Notes: a model not told the origin generated them from the sequence alone. A DNA stretch of 64,000 nt from an uncultured Clostridium sp. (GCA_948470605.1 CAOKPI010000003.1:9983-73982), one strand, 5' to 3'. Shown: positions 20,899-30,570, counted from the first letter of the stretch. Numbers and translations: made by a program.

Positions 20899-20937
20899 AG
20901 AAATAATCGAGAAAAGTGTCGATTATTTCTTTTTTTC
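20899..20937 (+). terminator. Rho-independent terminator-like hairpin just upstream of spoIIGA
   Basis: agaaataatcga-gaaaagtg-tcgattatttct followed by a T7 run. Confidence 0.55.
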
Positions 20938-20999
20938 GCCAATAAGAAAAGACAGCTTTTTTAAAAAGAAGATACTATAATAGTCATGCAGGTGATAGC

Positions 21000-21887
21000 A
21001 TGACTATTTATATTGATATAGTGTTAATTGAAAATCTAATGATGAATTTTATTATTTTATTGGCAACTGGACTAATTTTAAAGGAGAGAATAAGTGTAAT
21101 AAGACTTTTGTTAGCAAGTTTATTAGGAGCAATTTACGCAGTAGTATCTTATTTATCTATTTTAGAAATGTATTCCAGCATGATTTTAAAAATAATATTA
21201 TCCATTGTAATGATATATATAGCCTTTAATCCACAAACTATGAAAAAAATGTGGAAAGATATATTGCTATTCTATCTAACTTCTTTTGTATTTGGAGGGG
21301 CAGCATTTGCACTTATCTATATTGTAAGACCACAAGATATATTAATGAGAAATGGATTATTTTTAGGTACTTATCCATTAAAAACAATTGTACTAGGAGC
21401 TATTATTGCCTTTATTATTATCATGACAGCATTTACAGTAGTAAAATCGAAAATCACGAAAAAAGATATGTTTTGTGAAGTTGAAATTGAACTAAATAAT
21501 AAAAAAATAGAAACAACAGCCATGATAGACACAGGCAATTTACTAAAAGAGCCAATAACCAATACACCTGTCATTGTAGTAGAACATACACTTTTGTATG
21601 ATTGTATACCAAAAGAAATTTTAAATCATTTAGATGAATTGTTAGGAGGTGAGTTTAACAATATACCAGAACCAATAAAAGAAGAATATATAGCCAAGCT
21701 AAAACTGATTCCGTTTTCTTCTTTAGGGAAACAAAATGGCATGTTAATAGGAATGAAAGCAGAAGCTATTACAATAAAGGACGTGGATAAAGAGGGGACA
21801 AAAGAGAATATTATAATAGGAATTTATAATAAGTCATTGACCAAAAGAGGAGAGTATAGAGCCCTAATGGGAATTGATTTACTATAG
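21000..21887 (+). CDS. spoIIGA: Sporulation sigma-E processing protease SpoIIGA
   Basis: 295 aa. Five N-terminal TM segments, the aspartic protease motif AMIDTGNLLKEP, and sigE downstream. Confidence 0.85.
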   Translation: MTIYIDIVLIENLMMNFIILLATGLILKERISVIRLLLASLLGAIYAVVSYLSILEMYSSMILKIILSIVMIYIAFNPQTMKKMWKDILLFYLTSFVFGGAAFALIYIVRPQDILMRNGLFLGTYPLKTIVLGAIIAFIIIMTAFTVVKSKITKKDMFCEVEIELNNKKIETTAMIDTGNLLKEPITNTPVIVVEHTLLYDCIPKEILNHLDELLGGEFNNIPEPIKEEYIAKLKLIPFSSLGKQNGMLIGMKAEAITIKDVDKEGTKENIIIGIYNKSLTKRGEYRALMGIDLL

Positions 21888-22034
21888 GGACATGGAGAGG
21901 AGATAGGACATGGGGACGTAGATAATGTCCCTAAATACTTAAAACTGCTAACTTAATGGCATTATTTTTCGTAGGGACATTATCTATGTCCCCATGTCCT
22001 ACCTCCGTTCCCAAAATCATCTCCTCTTGCCCCA
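21887..22034. repeat. Family-B palindromic element (full copy) between spoIIGA and sigE
   Basis: Arms gggacatggagaggagataggacatggggacgtagataatgtccc / gggacattatctatgtccccatgtcctacctccgttcccaaaatcatctcctcttgcccc. This repeat creates the spurious N-terminal extension of track ORF 21956. Confidence 0.7.
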
Positions 22035-22060
22035 AATATTTTGAAAGGAGTGAAATAAGA

Positions 22061-22799
22061 ATGAACATTTTTGAGTTTGTAAAAAATGGCATTAACACCA
22101 TTTGTGCAAAATATATTAATGAAAAGGATGAAATAGAGTATCTACCAATATTCTACATTGCAGGAAGCCAAACGCTTCCACCACCATTATCACCAGAAGA
22201 AGAGGCAGAATTGATTGAAAAATTAAATCAAGAAGACAATTTAGCAGTTCGACAGAAATTAGTAGAAAGAAATCTAAGATTAGTGGTTTATATTGCTAAG
22301 AAATTTGAAAATACAGGTATTGGAATAGAAGATTTAATCTCTATTGGTACCATTGGATTAATGAAGGGTGTTAATACTTTTAATTCAGATAAAAAGATTA
22401 AATTAGCTACTTATGCTTCTAGATGTATTGAAAATGAAATACTGATGTATTTAAGAAAAAATAATAAAATAAAAGGAGAAGTTTCCATTGATGAACCATT
22501 AAATAAAGATGGAGACGGGAATGAATTGTTACTTTCCGATATTTTAGGAACCGAACCAGATATTACTTCAAGAAATTTAGAAGATGAAGTAGATAAGTCA
22601 CTTTTGCGTGCTTCTATTAGTAAGTTAAATGATAGAGAAAAAAACATCATGGAAATGCGATTTGGGTTCCAAACTGGAAAAGAAAAAACACAAAAAGAAG
22701 TAGCGGATGAATTGCGGTATCTCGCAAAGTTACATATCAAGATTAGAAAAGAAAATCATTGGCAAAATGAAAAAAGAAATTGCGAGTAAAATAGGATAA
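22061..22799 (+). CDS. sigE: Sporulation sigma factor SigE (pro-sigma-E); frame broken at an in-frame CGG in region 4.2
   Basis: Pro-sequence plus YYIGG-like [16 protein letters not shown], and regions 2-4. After CGG 22715-22717 the +1 frame reads [27 protein letters not shown], the canonical 4.2 helix-turn-helix. The zero frame gives unrelated sequence. Confidence 0.9.
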
Positions 22800-22922
22800 A
22801 TAAAAGCATATGCATATAGTTATCCTATATGTTAAGTCTATGCTTATGCATGACTTTCTAGCGTATAAAAAAACCAAATTTGGAAATACTTAAAATAAGT
22901 AAATTCAAAGGAGGTTTTTCTT

Positions 22923-23699
22923 TTGTTAAACAACAAAGTAGAGATATGTGGAGTCAATACATCAAAGTTACCAGTATTAAGTAGAGAAGAAAAAGAAGAA
23001 CTATTCATACAAATAAAAGCAGGAGATGAAGAAGCAAGAAATACATTTATTCATGGAAATTTAAGATTAGTATTAAGTGTGATACAAAGATTTTATGGAA
23101 GAGGAGAATCAGCAGATGATTTGTTTCAAGTAGGATGTGTTGGATTAATCAAAGCAATTGATAATTTTGATTTGAGCCAAAATGTACAATTTAGTACTTA
23201 CGCTGTACCAATGATAATAGGGGAGGTAAAAAGATACTTAAGAGATAATAATAGCATAAGAGTGAGTAGGTCAGTAAGGGATTTAGCTTATAAAGCGATT
23301 CAATTTAAAGAAAGATATACAAAAGAACATGGCAGAGAGCCTAAAATAGATGAGATAGCAAAAGAATTAGGAGTGGAAAAAGAGGATATTTCCTTTAGTT
23401 TTGATGCTATTCAAGATCCAGTTTCTTTACAAGAACCAGTTTATAATGATGGTTCAGAAAGTATTTATATTATGGACCAAGTAAAAGATAGTAAGAATAC
23501 AGATGAAATGTGGACAGAGAGAATGGCGATTGAAGGAGCTTTACAGAAATTAAATGAAAAGGAAAGAATGATTGTAGTAAAAAGGTTTTTTGATGGGAGA
23601 ACACAAATGGAAGTTGCAGATGAAATTGGAATTTCTCAAGCTCAAGTTTCTAGATTGGAGAAAAGTGCAATTACAAATATTAAGAGATTTTATAAATGA
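22923..23699 (+). CDS. sigG: Sporulation sigma factor SigG
   Basis: 258 aa, TTG start, motifs GNLRLVLSVIQRF, FSTYAVPMIIGE and GISQAQVSRLEK. The gene order sigE-sigG fits. Confidence 0.9.
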   Translation: MLNNKVEICGVNTSKLPVLSREEKEELFIQIKAGDEEARNTFIHGNLRLVLSVIQRFYGRGESADDLFQVGCVGLIKAIDNFDLSQNVQFSTYAVPMIIGEVKRYLRDNNSIRVSRSVRDLAYKAIQFKERYTKEHGREPKIDEIAKELGVEKEDISFSFDAIQDPVSLQEPVYNDGSESIYIMDQVKDSKNTDEMWTERMAIEGALQKLNEKERMIVVKRFFDGRTQMEVADEIGISQAQVSRLEKSAITNIKRFYK

Positions 23700-23846
23700 T
23701 GTCCAATGGGGACTTTCCTTTTGCACATTTAATGAAAGAGTATATGAAAGTATGCTCTTTTAAAATGCGAAAAATATCCTAAAAATACTATGAATTTTAT
23801 GTAATTTATGATATAAAATAGTAAAAATAGTTAGGAGGTTATTTTA

Positions 23847-24155
23847 ATGGATGATATTGTAAATATATTTAAACCAAGTAAAAGTGAAAAGCATGGAATA
23901 GACTTGATAAGAGAAAAAGACGTAAATATTTTATCAGTAGGAATTAGTACAGCAGGTTCGGCAGAAATAGAAATGACGAAGAAAAATCCTAGTAGCCATA
24001 TTGTAGCAACTACCATTGATGAAGAAGGTTTAGAATTTACTAGAAATATAATAGAACAATATGGATTAGAAAGTAGAATAGAATTAAAAATAGAAGATGT
24101 ATCTACAAAATTACCATATAGTGATGAACATTGTAAGATATATAAAAGAATATGA
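23847..24155 (+). pseudogene. Class I SAM-dependent methyltransferase, truncated
   Basis: The N-terminal Rossmann part (ILSVGISTAGSAEIEM, IVATTIDEEG) ends prematurely after motif II. The downstream sequence has stops in all frames. Confidence 0.45.
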
Positions 24156-24246
24156 AGAACAATTATACCATGATTATAAAAGAACCGAAAAAGTAAAATA
24201 TCCTAATACAATAATAGAATGTTTATGTGGAAGATAATAGGAAATG

Positions 24247-24700
24247 GAGAAATTATATGAAATATATTATAAGAGAAGGAAAAAATAAAGATGTTGAAGC
24301 GGTATGGAATATGGGAAACAATGTATCAGAATTCAAAACAACAGAAAATGTTGTAATCTTTTGGCCGAAAGAGATATTAAAAAAGTGCATAGACAAAGAA
24401 GATATTTTATTCTATGTTGTAGAATTAGAAAACAGAATTATAGGATTTTCAATTGTTAATTTGAATCAATCTTTAGGAAAAGCAGAAATAGAAAATATTT
24501 ATATATTACCAAAATATAGGAATAATAGAATTGGTCGAAAACTATTAGATGTAATATTACAAAAGTTAAAAGACAAGAATTATAATAATGTTAATTGTTT
24601 AGCAGATGAAGCAATAGGATTTTATGAACATTATGGATTTACCAAAGGAAAGAGTTTTGTATGGATGGATATTACAATATCAGATAGTTTTAAGAGATAA
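24247..24700 (+). CDS. GNAT-family N-acetyltransferase
   Basis: Acetyl-CoA binding motif YRNNRIGRKLLD, with C-terminal FYEHYGF. Confidence 0.75.
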
Positions 24701-25102
24701 AGATAATAGAAAATGATTATGGGAGTATATGAAAATATACTCTTTTAAAATGCAAAAATAAAAGAACAAAAATTCGTAAAACTATTGAAAATGTGTTTGA
24801 GATGTGATATAAATATAGAAGATAAAGATAAACTCTTACTATTTAAAAATTTTAAATAGTAAGAGTTAGAAAAGAGGTAGGAAATGGAACAAAATAATAG
24901 TATAAAATTATTCGAAGATAAGAATATCAGAGTTGCTTGGAATGAAGATGAGGAAAACTGGTACTTTTCAGTAGTAGATATTGTGGCAGTATTGACAGAC
25001 AATGATTATCAAGCTGGAAGGAAATATTGGAAAACATTAAAAATGAGGTTGAATCAAGAAGGAAGTGAACTGGTAACAAATTGTTACCAGTTGAAAATAA
25101 TT

Positions 25103-25820
25103 TCAGAGTAATCCCCCAGCTATGCTGGGGGCGTCAAAAAACTTATAGTTTTGCACAGAGTAACAAAAATCCCCCCCAAACATGATATAATATTTAAAGT
25201 TTGACGGCTTAAAATATTATAAATGAGAGGAGTGGGACGTATGAAAAGTCCATACACGGATAGTTTAGCACACACGACATGGGAATGCAAGTACCATATA
25301 GTGTTTGCACCAAAATTTAGAAGAAAAGAAATATATGGAACATTAAAAAGAGAAATAGGAATGATATTGAGAGAATTATGTAGAAGAAAAGAGGTAGAAG
25401 TAATAAGTGCGGAAGCATGTCCAGACCATATACATATGTATGTAAGTATACCACCAAAATTAAGTGTATCGTGATTTATGGGATATTTAAAAGGAAAAAG
25501 TACATTGATAATATTTGAAAGACATGCGAACTTAAAATATAAGTATGGGAACAGAACATTTTGGTGTAGAGGTTTCTATGTAAGTACGGTAGGAAATAAC
25601 AAGACAGCAGTACAAAGATACGTAGAAAATCAATTGAAGGAAGATATGATGACAAATCAAATAACAATAAAAGAATATAAAGACCCTTTTAAAGGGTAGT
25701 AAGTAACAAAAACGCAAACGAAAGAGGCGTAAGCTGTCAAACTGGGACGCTTAAGCGTCAGCTAGTATCAAGGCCTTATAGGCCGATATGAAAATCCCCC
25801 AGTTATACTGGGGGATAATT
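25103..25820 (+). mobile_element. IS200/IS605-family insertion sequence (tnpA only, about 0.72 kb)
   Basis: Subterminal hairpins cccccagctatgctggggg (25113-25131) and cccccagttatactggggg (25796-25814). ATAATT is present at both junctions (25097-25102 and 25815-25820). Removing the IS restores the host ORF. Confidence 0.8.
25223..25699 (+). pseudogene. tnpA: IS200-type Y1/HUH transposase TnpA with an in-frame TGA
   Basis: HUH motif (PDHIHMYVSIPPK) and catalytic Tyr region (AVQRYVENQ) are present. A TGA at 25472-25474 falls at the position that is Gly in the Salmonella IS200 TnpA as I recall it (SVSGFMGYLKGKS). Confidence 0.8.
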
Positions 25821-26618
25821 ATGATAGCAAATGATGGAAAACTAAGAGAAACAGATACATTAGACACAAAAGGCATTTTTAGATTAATAGAATCTGTACC
25901 GAGTTCGAAAGCAGAACCTTTTAAATTGTGGATTGCTCAAATGGGAAAAGAAAGAATAGATGAAATTTTTGATCCAGAAATTGCCATAAATAAAGCAATA
26001 GATTATTACAGAGGTAGAAGATATTCAGACCAATGGATAGAAACTAGGTTAAAAGGAATTTTAGACAGAAAAAAATTAACAGATGTATGGAAAGAAAATG
26101 GAATTAAACAAAATTACGAATATGCTATATTAACAAATGAAATATATCAAAGTTGGTCTGGAATGAAAGCCAGTGAATACAAAGAATATAAGAATATAAG
26201 GATATCAGAAAAGAGTCATTAAGAGATAATATGACAGATATTGAAGTTGCTTTAACAGATTTAGGAGAAATAGCTACAAGAGAATTAGCAAAAGAACATA
26301 AACCATATGGATTGAAAGCAAATAGGAAAATTGCTAAGATGGGTGGACATGCTGCTAAAGTGGCAAGAGATGATATAGAAAAGAATTTGGGTAGATTAGT
26401 TATTAGTAAAACAAATGCATTAGATTATAAGTATTTACCTTCTAATAAAATGGGAAAAAAGAAATTACTAAAAGAAGAAAAGAAAAAGTAGAATATTTTT
26501 TTGGAATTAGGGAAATAGTTAAAATACCTAAAAATTGTGAAAGCATTTGAAAGCACTTTCTTTTTTGGTAGTTGTATGATAGAATAATTATATAAATTTA
26601 TGTAATAGAGGAGTAAAT

Positions 26619-27364
26619 ATGTTAAATATAAAAGTTACCGAAAATTATGGTGGCATTGAAGTAAAAGGAGATTATGACGATTTTGAACAATTATATGATT
26701 CAATTTTTAAAATAATTGGTGATGGAGAAGATTATCCTACATTAGAGAAATTAAGAATTCAAATATTAGCTTTTTGTTACGACTTAAGACATGCCAAACA
26801 GGGAAACAGAGAAATAGAATTAGTTGAAAATAATATGAATAATGAAATTATGAAATGGCATTCAATTATTATTCCGACCAACAATGTATATTATAAGTTT
26901 AATTATATTTTAACACAAGCAATATTTGTAGTATATGCATTAAATATATTTATAGACAATTACAAATACAAAAAATATAAAAGTTCATATTATACAAAAG
27001 TAGTATATGATGAAGATGTAAATATTGTACAAGAATTTCAATCTAAAGTTATAAAAGCTATAGTTAAAATATTACTAGAAAAGAATAAAAAACTTTTTTA
27101 AAACTTTTTTATAATAGAGAATTTGGAACTAATAGATTAGTTCATCAATATCTTGAATTAATAGATTGTAGATATTTGGCTAAAAATAAAGAAGATAGAT
27201 TAAAGAGTATAGTAAATACTACAAAAAGAGTAATTAAATATTGGGAATATCAAGAATATATAGACTTAGAAGAAGAATTGATAGAATATGCTGAAGAAAA
27301 CCAATGCGATATAGATAATATAAGAATAGATGGAATCGACTATCCTGAAGAGATAGATTGGTAA
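26619..27364 (+). pseudogene. Hypothetical protein gene, two ORFs joined by a -1 shift in an A6/T6 tract
   Basis: ORFs 26619..27101 and 27176..27364 are contiguous in one reading if 1 nt is added in aaaaaactttttt (about 27088-27100). No recognisable domain. Confidence 0.35.
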
Positions 27365-27365
27365 A

Positions 27366-27541
27366 TATATCTATAGCTAACTCACGAGCCATGTGGAATG
27401 CGTGGCAGTGCTACAACTAAAACAAGACATGTAATGCTTGATTTTGATATGGTTTCAGAGATTATAATCTTTGAGGAAAAAAGCAGATTTGGGAGAGAAA
27501 AATATCAAAATCTAGGTGTGAAAGTTAAAGTAGTTGCTTAA
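27366..27541 (+). pseudogene. 3'-terminal remnant of a large serine recombinase gene (paralogue of the 35744..37644 gene)
   Basis: It translates to YL*LTHEPCGMRGSATTKTRHVMLDFDMVSEIIIFEEKSRFGREKYQNLGVKVKVVA*. This is collinear with the C-terminus of rec1 (YLQPMCEPCGMLLGAIS...KIKVTIEVDMVCGVV). An identical 15-mer gagccatgtggaatg occurs at 27386-27400 and 37468-37482. Confidence 0.55.
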
Positions 27542-27927
27542 GTGGTAAGTGGAAACACATAAATTGAATTTTAGAAAATAGAGCAAAGTGTTTGAAATAC
27601 TGGAAAATTTACGATTGTATCTATGATAAGTACAGCAGGCATAGGTTGTGTTGATTAGTAGATATGAAATAAAGCTAGATATTTCAAGGAATAGAAGAAA
27701 TTTATTAAAATGAGTTATAGAGAATCTTTATAAAATAGGTGTCAGTAGATATGTGCTGATGTCTATTTTTTATAGGTCAAAATTTTAGAATTTTTTGACT
27801 TATAAAATTTTGTAGGTCAAAAATTTATAAAGAGATAGAGAGAAAGAATGGACTTAATGATAAATTTAATTCATTCCTAACAATTATTACAATTTTAGGA
27901 GGAGGATTTTTTATAATAATAAGTAAA

Positions 27928-28407
27928 TTGATTGAATTAAATAGAGAAGAAAGTAATAATTTCATACTTGTAATATCAATAATTATTGTAAGTATATTAA
28001 CAATATTATTTATATGGATATTTAAGTATATGAATGAAGTACATTATGAAAATCAATATACTTATTTAAGAACAAGTGGAGAAATAGAAGCAAAAATAAG
28101 AGTATATCAAAACTATTATTCTGAATACTATGAAGAATATTTTAAAAATACTAATAAAACAGTTGACGAATTAGTAGAAGAAAGAATAGAAGAAGATATA
28201 AAGTTGAATTTGATAGAGGCAACAGATAAAAATGTACAAACGAATACAATGCGAATCAAAAAAAATTCGATATTAAATAAATTAATATTAACAATAAGTG
28301 TTATTCTAGCTATTACATATATAATAACATTATTTATACCTAATGATGATATAATAAAAGTTAAAATAGAAAATATAAAGGAGGTAGAATTACAAAATGG
28401 AAAATAA
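27928..28407 (+). CDS. Hypothetical membrane protein (two TM segments)
   Basis: 159-aa ORF with N- and C-terminal hydrophobic helices. No recognisable homology. Confidence 0.35.
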   Translation: MIELNREESNNFILVISIIIVSILTILFIWIFKYMNEVHYENQYTYLRTSGEIEAKIRVYQNYYSEYYEEYFKNTNKTVDELVEERIEEDIKLNLIEATDKNVQTNTMRIKKNSILNKLILTISVILAITYIITLFIPNDDIIKVKIENIKEVELQNGK

Positions 28408-28577
28408 TGAAAATAGTGAGGAAACAAGACCATTACCACCACCACCTGAAAGATTAACAACAACTACATTAATGGAAACTTATTCAGACAAGTCACATAA
28501 AAATAATGAAAAAAGAAATGGGTAAAATTAGATTATAATGTATGTACTGTTAAGAATTGAAAAGGAGGTATAAGATA

Positions 28578-28942
28578 ATGAAAATTGTTAGAAAAGATAA
28601 CATTCAACCAATTAATAATGCAGATGGAGAACTGTTTTATGAAATGTTAGGTAGAGGAGAAAAATTGGGAAATGCAATGAAACATAGTGTTGGACATGTG
28701 GTAGTTATTAAAGGACATTCAACAAATAAGCATTATCATCCTATAGCAGAAGAAACAATTATTTCATTAGAGGAATAGGGAAAATGATTATAAATGATAG
28801 TGAATATATAGTAAAGCCAGGAGATGCAGTTTTAATTAATGCAAATGATATTCATCAATTATTTGCAGAAAAAGAAGAGGTTGAAGCTATTGTAATATGT
28901 GCTCCTGCATTTGAATCAAACAATACAGTATTTTGTGATTAA
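28578..28942 (+). pseudogene. Cupin-domain protein, frameshifted
   Basis: GHSTNKHYHPIAEE in one frame, then NYFIRGIGKMIINDSEYIVKPGDAVLINANDIHQLF in the -1 frame. The break is consistent with loss of one A in gaagaaac (about 28750-28757). Confidence 0.55.
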
Positions 28943-29057
28943 TTTAAGCTGAATCATTAGTAGGGAAGATATATGAAATAAATAAAAGATATAATATTAG
29001 ATATTGCTGAAGTAATTGAAATATTAAATCATTTTAGTAAGTAAAGAGAGGAAGAAA

Positions 29058-29483
29058 ATGGATATAATTAGATGTGATGAAAAGAATATTAAAGAAGTTT
29101 ATAATCTAATTTGTGAATTAAAGAATAAAGAATTTGACTTTGAGAAGTTCAAAATTGCTTATAATAGCAAAGTAAGTGATGAGAAAAACTATTACATTTT
29201 AGGGAGAGAAAATAATATAGTCATAGGATTTTTAAGTCTAGTAATAGATTATCAATTACATCATGCAGATAAAGTTGCAACAATTGAAGAATTAATAGTT
29301 AGCGAAAGATATAGAAGTAAAGGCACAGGAAAGAAGTTACTTGAAAATGCTATAAAATATGCAAAAGAAAAGAACTGTGATGTAATAGAATTGACAAGTG
29401 GCTTTTCAAGAGATAAAGCACATAAATTCTATGAAAATAATGGTTTTATAAAAGGTAGTTATAAATTTAAGATGAAACTATAA
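29058..29483 (+). CDS. GNAT-family N-acetyltransferase
   Basis: 141 aa with motif A (VSERYRSKGTGKKLLENAIKYAKE) and FYENNGF. Confidence 0.8.
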   Translation: MDIIRCDEKNIKEVYNLICELKNKEFDFEKFKIAYNSKVSDEKNYYILGRENNIVIGFLSLVIDYQLHHADKVATIEELIVSERYRSKGTGKKLLENAIKYAKEKNCDVIELTSGFSRDKAHKFYENNGFIKGSYKFKMKL

Positions 29484-29524
29484 AAAAGTATGGTTTTGCT
29501 AAAAACAATATTTTAAATAAATTG

Positions 29525-29553
29525 TTGATATTCATAAAAATATATGTTAAAAT
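29525..29553 (+). promoter_or_regulatory. Candidate sigma-A promoter of the type III TA operon (TTGATA-17-TAAAAT)
   Basis: ttgata at 29525-29530, 17-nt spacer, taaaat at 29548-29553. A 22-bp palindrome tattaatagttaactattaata follows at about 29612-29634 and may be an operator. Confidence 0.5.
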
Positions 29554-29642
29554 ATAAATAGAAACGAGATAAAAGGAAATTTTATTTTGAAAAATGCATA
29601 TAATAAAAATAGTATTAATAGTTAACTATTAATATTAAAATA

Positions 29643-29737
29643 GAAAGTTTACCACTGACCGATATGTGGTATATAAATGGTCGGGTTGAAAGTTTTCCGC
29701 TGACCAATATGCGGTATATAAATGGTTGGGTTGAAAG
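29643..29737 (+). ncRNA. Type III antitoxin RNA (ToxI/CptI-like): 2 full copies of a 45-nt tandem repeat plus a partial third
   Basis: gaaagtttaccactgaccgatatgtggtatataaatggtcgggtt (29643-29687), gaaagttttccgctgaccaatatgcggtatataaatggttgggtt (29688-29732), then gaaag. It sits between the promoter and a terminator, directly upstream of the ToxN-like gene. Confidence 0.75.
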
Positions 29738-29738
29738 T

Positions 29739-29779
29739 ATGGTTCTTCACCACTAGATGATGGAGAACCATTAATTTTT
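29739..29779 (+). terminator. Terminator between the antitoxin repeats and the toxin gene
   Basis: Hairpin atggttct...agaaccat followed by a T-rich tract. This is the canonical type III TA layout that sets the antitoxin:toxin ratio. Confidence 0.6.
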
Positions 29780-29803
29780 ATAAAAAAGGAAGTAAGATAC
29801 AAA

Positions 29804-30277
29804 TTGGTAGAAAGAGGATTTTATATAGTAAAAGATAAATTTTTTAAAGAAATGAACGATCCATATTTAAAGGGAAACAAAGAAGCAAATCGACCACATT
29901 ATTACTGTTATAAGGAAGAAGCAACAGATTTATATTGGATGATTCCTTTAAGTAGCAGAGTAGAGAAATACAGAAAAATAATGAATAAAAAAATTCAAAA
30001 CAAAAAGCCATGTGACATTATACATATTATTAAATTAGATAATGGAAAAGAAAGTGTTTTCTTGATACAAGACATGTTTCCAATTACTAAAGAATATATA
30101 GAAAGAGAATATACAATAGCTCATAATCATTTAAAGGTAACAAGCGAGCATTCCGCAATTGAAATTGAAAAGAAGGCTAAAAAAGTAATGCATATGTTAA
30201 AGAAAGGTATAAAATTTACACCAACACAACCTAATATAAATTTGATAATAGAAAAGTTAAGAAAAAAACATAAATAG
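29804..30277 (+). CDS. Type III toxin-antitoxin toxin, ToxN/AbiQ/CptN-family endoribonuclease
   Basis: 157 aa. The pattern FYIVKDKFFKEM...NRPHYYC...LYWMIPLSSRVEKY...VFLIQDMFPI matches the ToxN/AbiQ signature (FY..., RP..., PL[ST]S). The upstream tandem repeats support the call. Confidence 0.75.
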   Translation: MVERGFYIVKDKFFKEMNDPYLKGNKEANRPHYYCYKEEATDLYWMIPLSSRVEKYRKIMNKKIQNKKPCDIIHIIKLDNGKESVFLIQDMFPITKEYIEREYTIAHNHLKVTSEHSAIEIEKKAKKVMHMLKKGIKFTPTQPNINLIIEKLRKKHK

Positions 30278-30377
30278 AATGAATTATGTAAATGTGAAAA
30301 TATAAAAATTGTATTGACAAACATAGCACGTTAAGTTAAAATAATAATATAATAAATTAAAGATTGGAGAAAAGAGA

Positions 30378-30467
30378 ATGATTAATAAAGCTAATTTAAA
30401 ATTAAATAATTGGCAATTAGTATGGGAAAAAAGTAAAAATCACCCATACTCATTAATCATGCTATAA
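30378..30467 (+). CDS. Candidate 29-aa leader peptide with two Trp codons upstream of trpB2
   Basis: MINKANLKLNNWQLVWEKSKNHPYSLIML, preceded by a GGAGA RBS and followed by a strong terminator. Speculative. Confidence 0.25.
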   Translation: MINKANLKLNNWQLVWEKSKNHPYSLIML

Positions 30468-30483
30468 TTTTTTTATAAAATAG

Positions 30484-30527
30484 CACAAGTATAGGTGATG
30501 AATAATTACTTATACTTGTGTTTTTTT
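30484..30527 (+). terminator. Rho-independent terminator (possible attenuator)
   Basis: 13-bp stem cacaagtataggt / acttatacttgtg followed by T7. Confidence 0.65.
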
Positions 30528-30570
30528 GTATAAATTTAAAGGATTTCTCAAATTTATTATTAAATATATA

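Larger units (their letters stand above)
24884..26491 (+). pseudogene. Bro-N/DinD-like DNA-damage-inducible protein gene, split by IS200 and also frameshifted
   Basis: The N-terminal Bro-N part (IRVAWNEDEENWYFSVVDIVAVLT) ends at the IS. It continues at 25821 (MIANDGKLRETD...PFKLWIAQMGKERIDE). A further shift near 26205-26225 is needed to reach KESLRDNMTDIEVALTDLGE. Confidence 0.7.

Noticed and set aside
20863-20923. Spo0A boxes (TGTCGAA at 20863 and TGTCGAT at 20917) could be annotated regulatory features of spoIIGA.
   Set aside because: The first lies in the arm of a large palindrome and the second inside a terminator hairpin. Heptamer matches are expected by chance in this context. They are mentioned only as a hint within a finding, not annotated as features.
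21956-22060. Long N-terminal extensions appear on track ORFs for sigE (21956), murG (61307), asnS (13612), spoVE (60006), murA (13727) and pyrB (55717).
   Set aside because: The extensions run through palindromic repeats or lack an RBS. Internal ATG codons preceded by good GGAGG-type RBS sequences give N-termini that match the protein families.
25472-25474. The in-frame TGA at a Gly position in IS200 tnpA could indicate a UGA=Gly (code 25) or UGA=Trp (code 4) genetic code.
   Set aside because: TGA clearly terminates native genes here, for example sigG at 23697-23699, pyrB at 56674-56676, murG at 62486-62488 and the reconstructed spoVE at 61218-61220. The IS and its host gene carry other decay lesions. 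A simple GGA-to-TGA nonsense mutation is most likely.
28741-28790. The cupin gene at first looked as if it contained a single in-frame TAG, a possible readthrough or recoding site.
   Set aside because: Re-indexing shows that the downstream part (start-like ATG at 28784) is in a different frame and that a second stop follows the TAG. The lesion is a 1-nt frameshift, not an in-frame stop.
29643-29737. Tandem direct repeats that could be mistaken for a mini CRISPR array.
   Set aside because: The repeats are contiguous 45-nt units with no spacers, only about 2.1 copies, no cas genes, and a ToxN-like gene immediately downstream. A type III antitoxin RNA is the better explanation.
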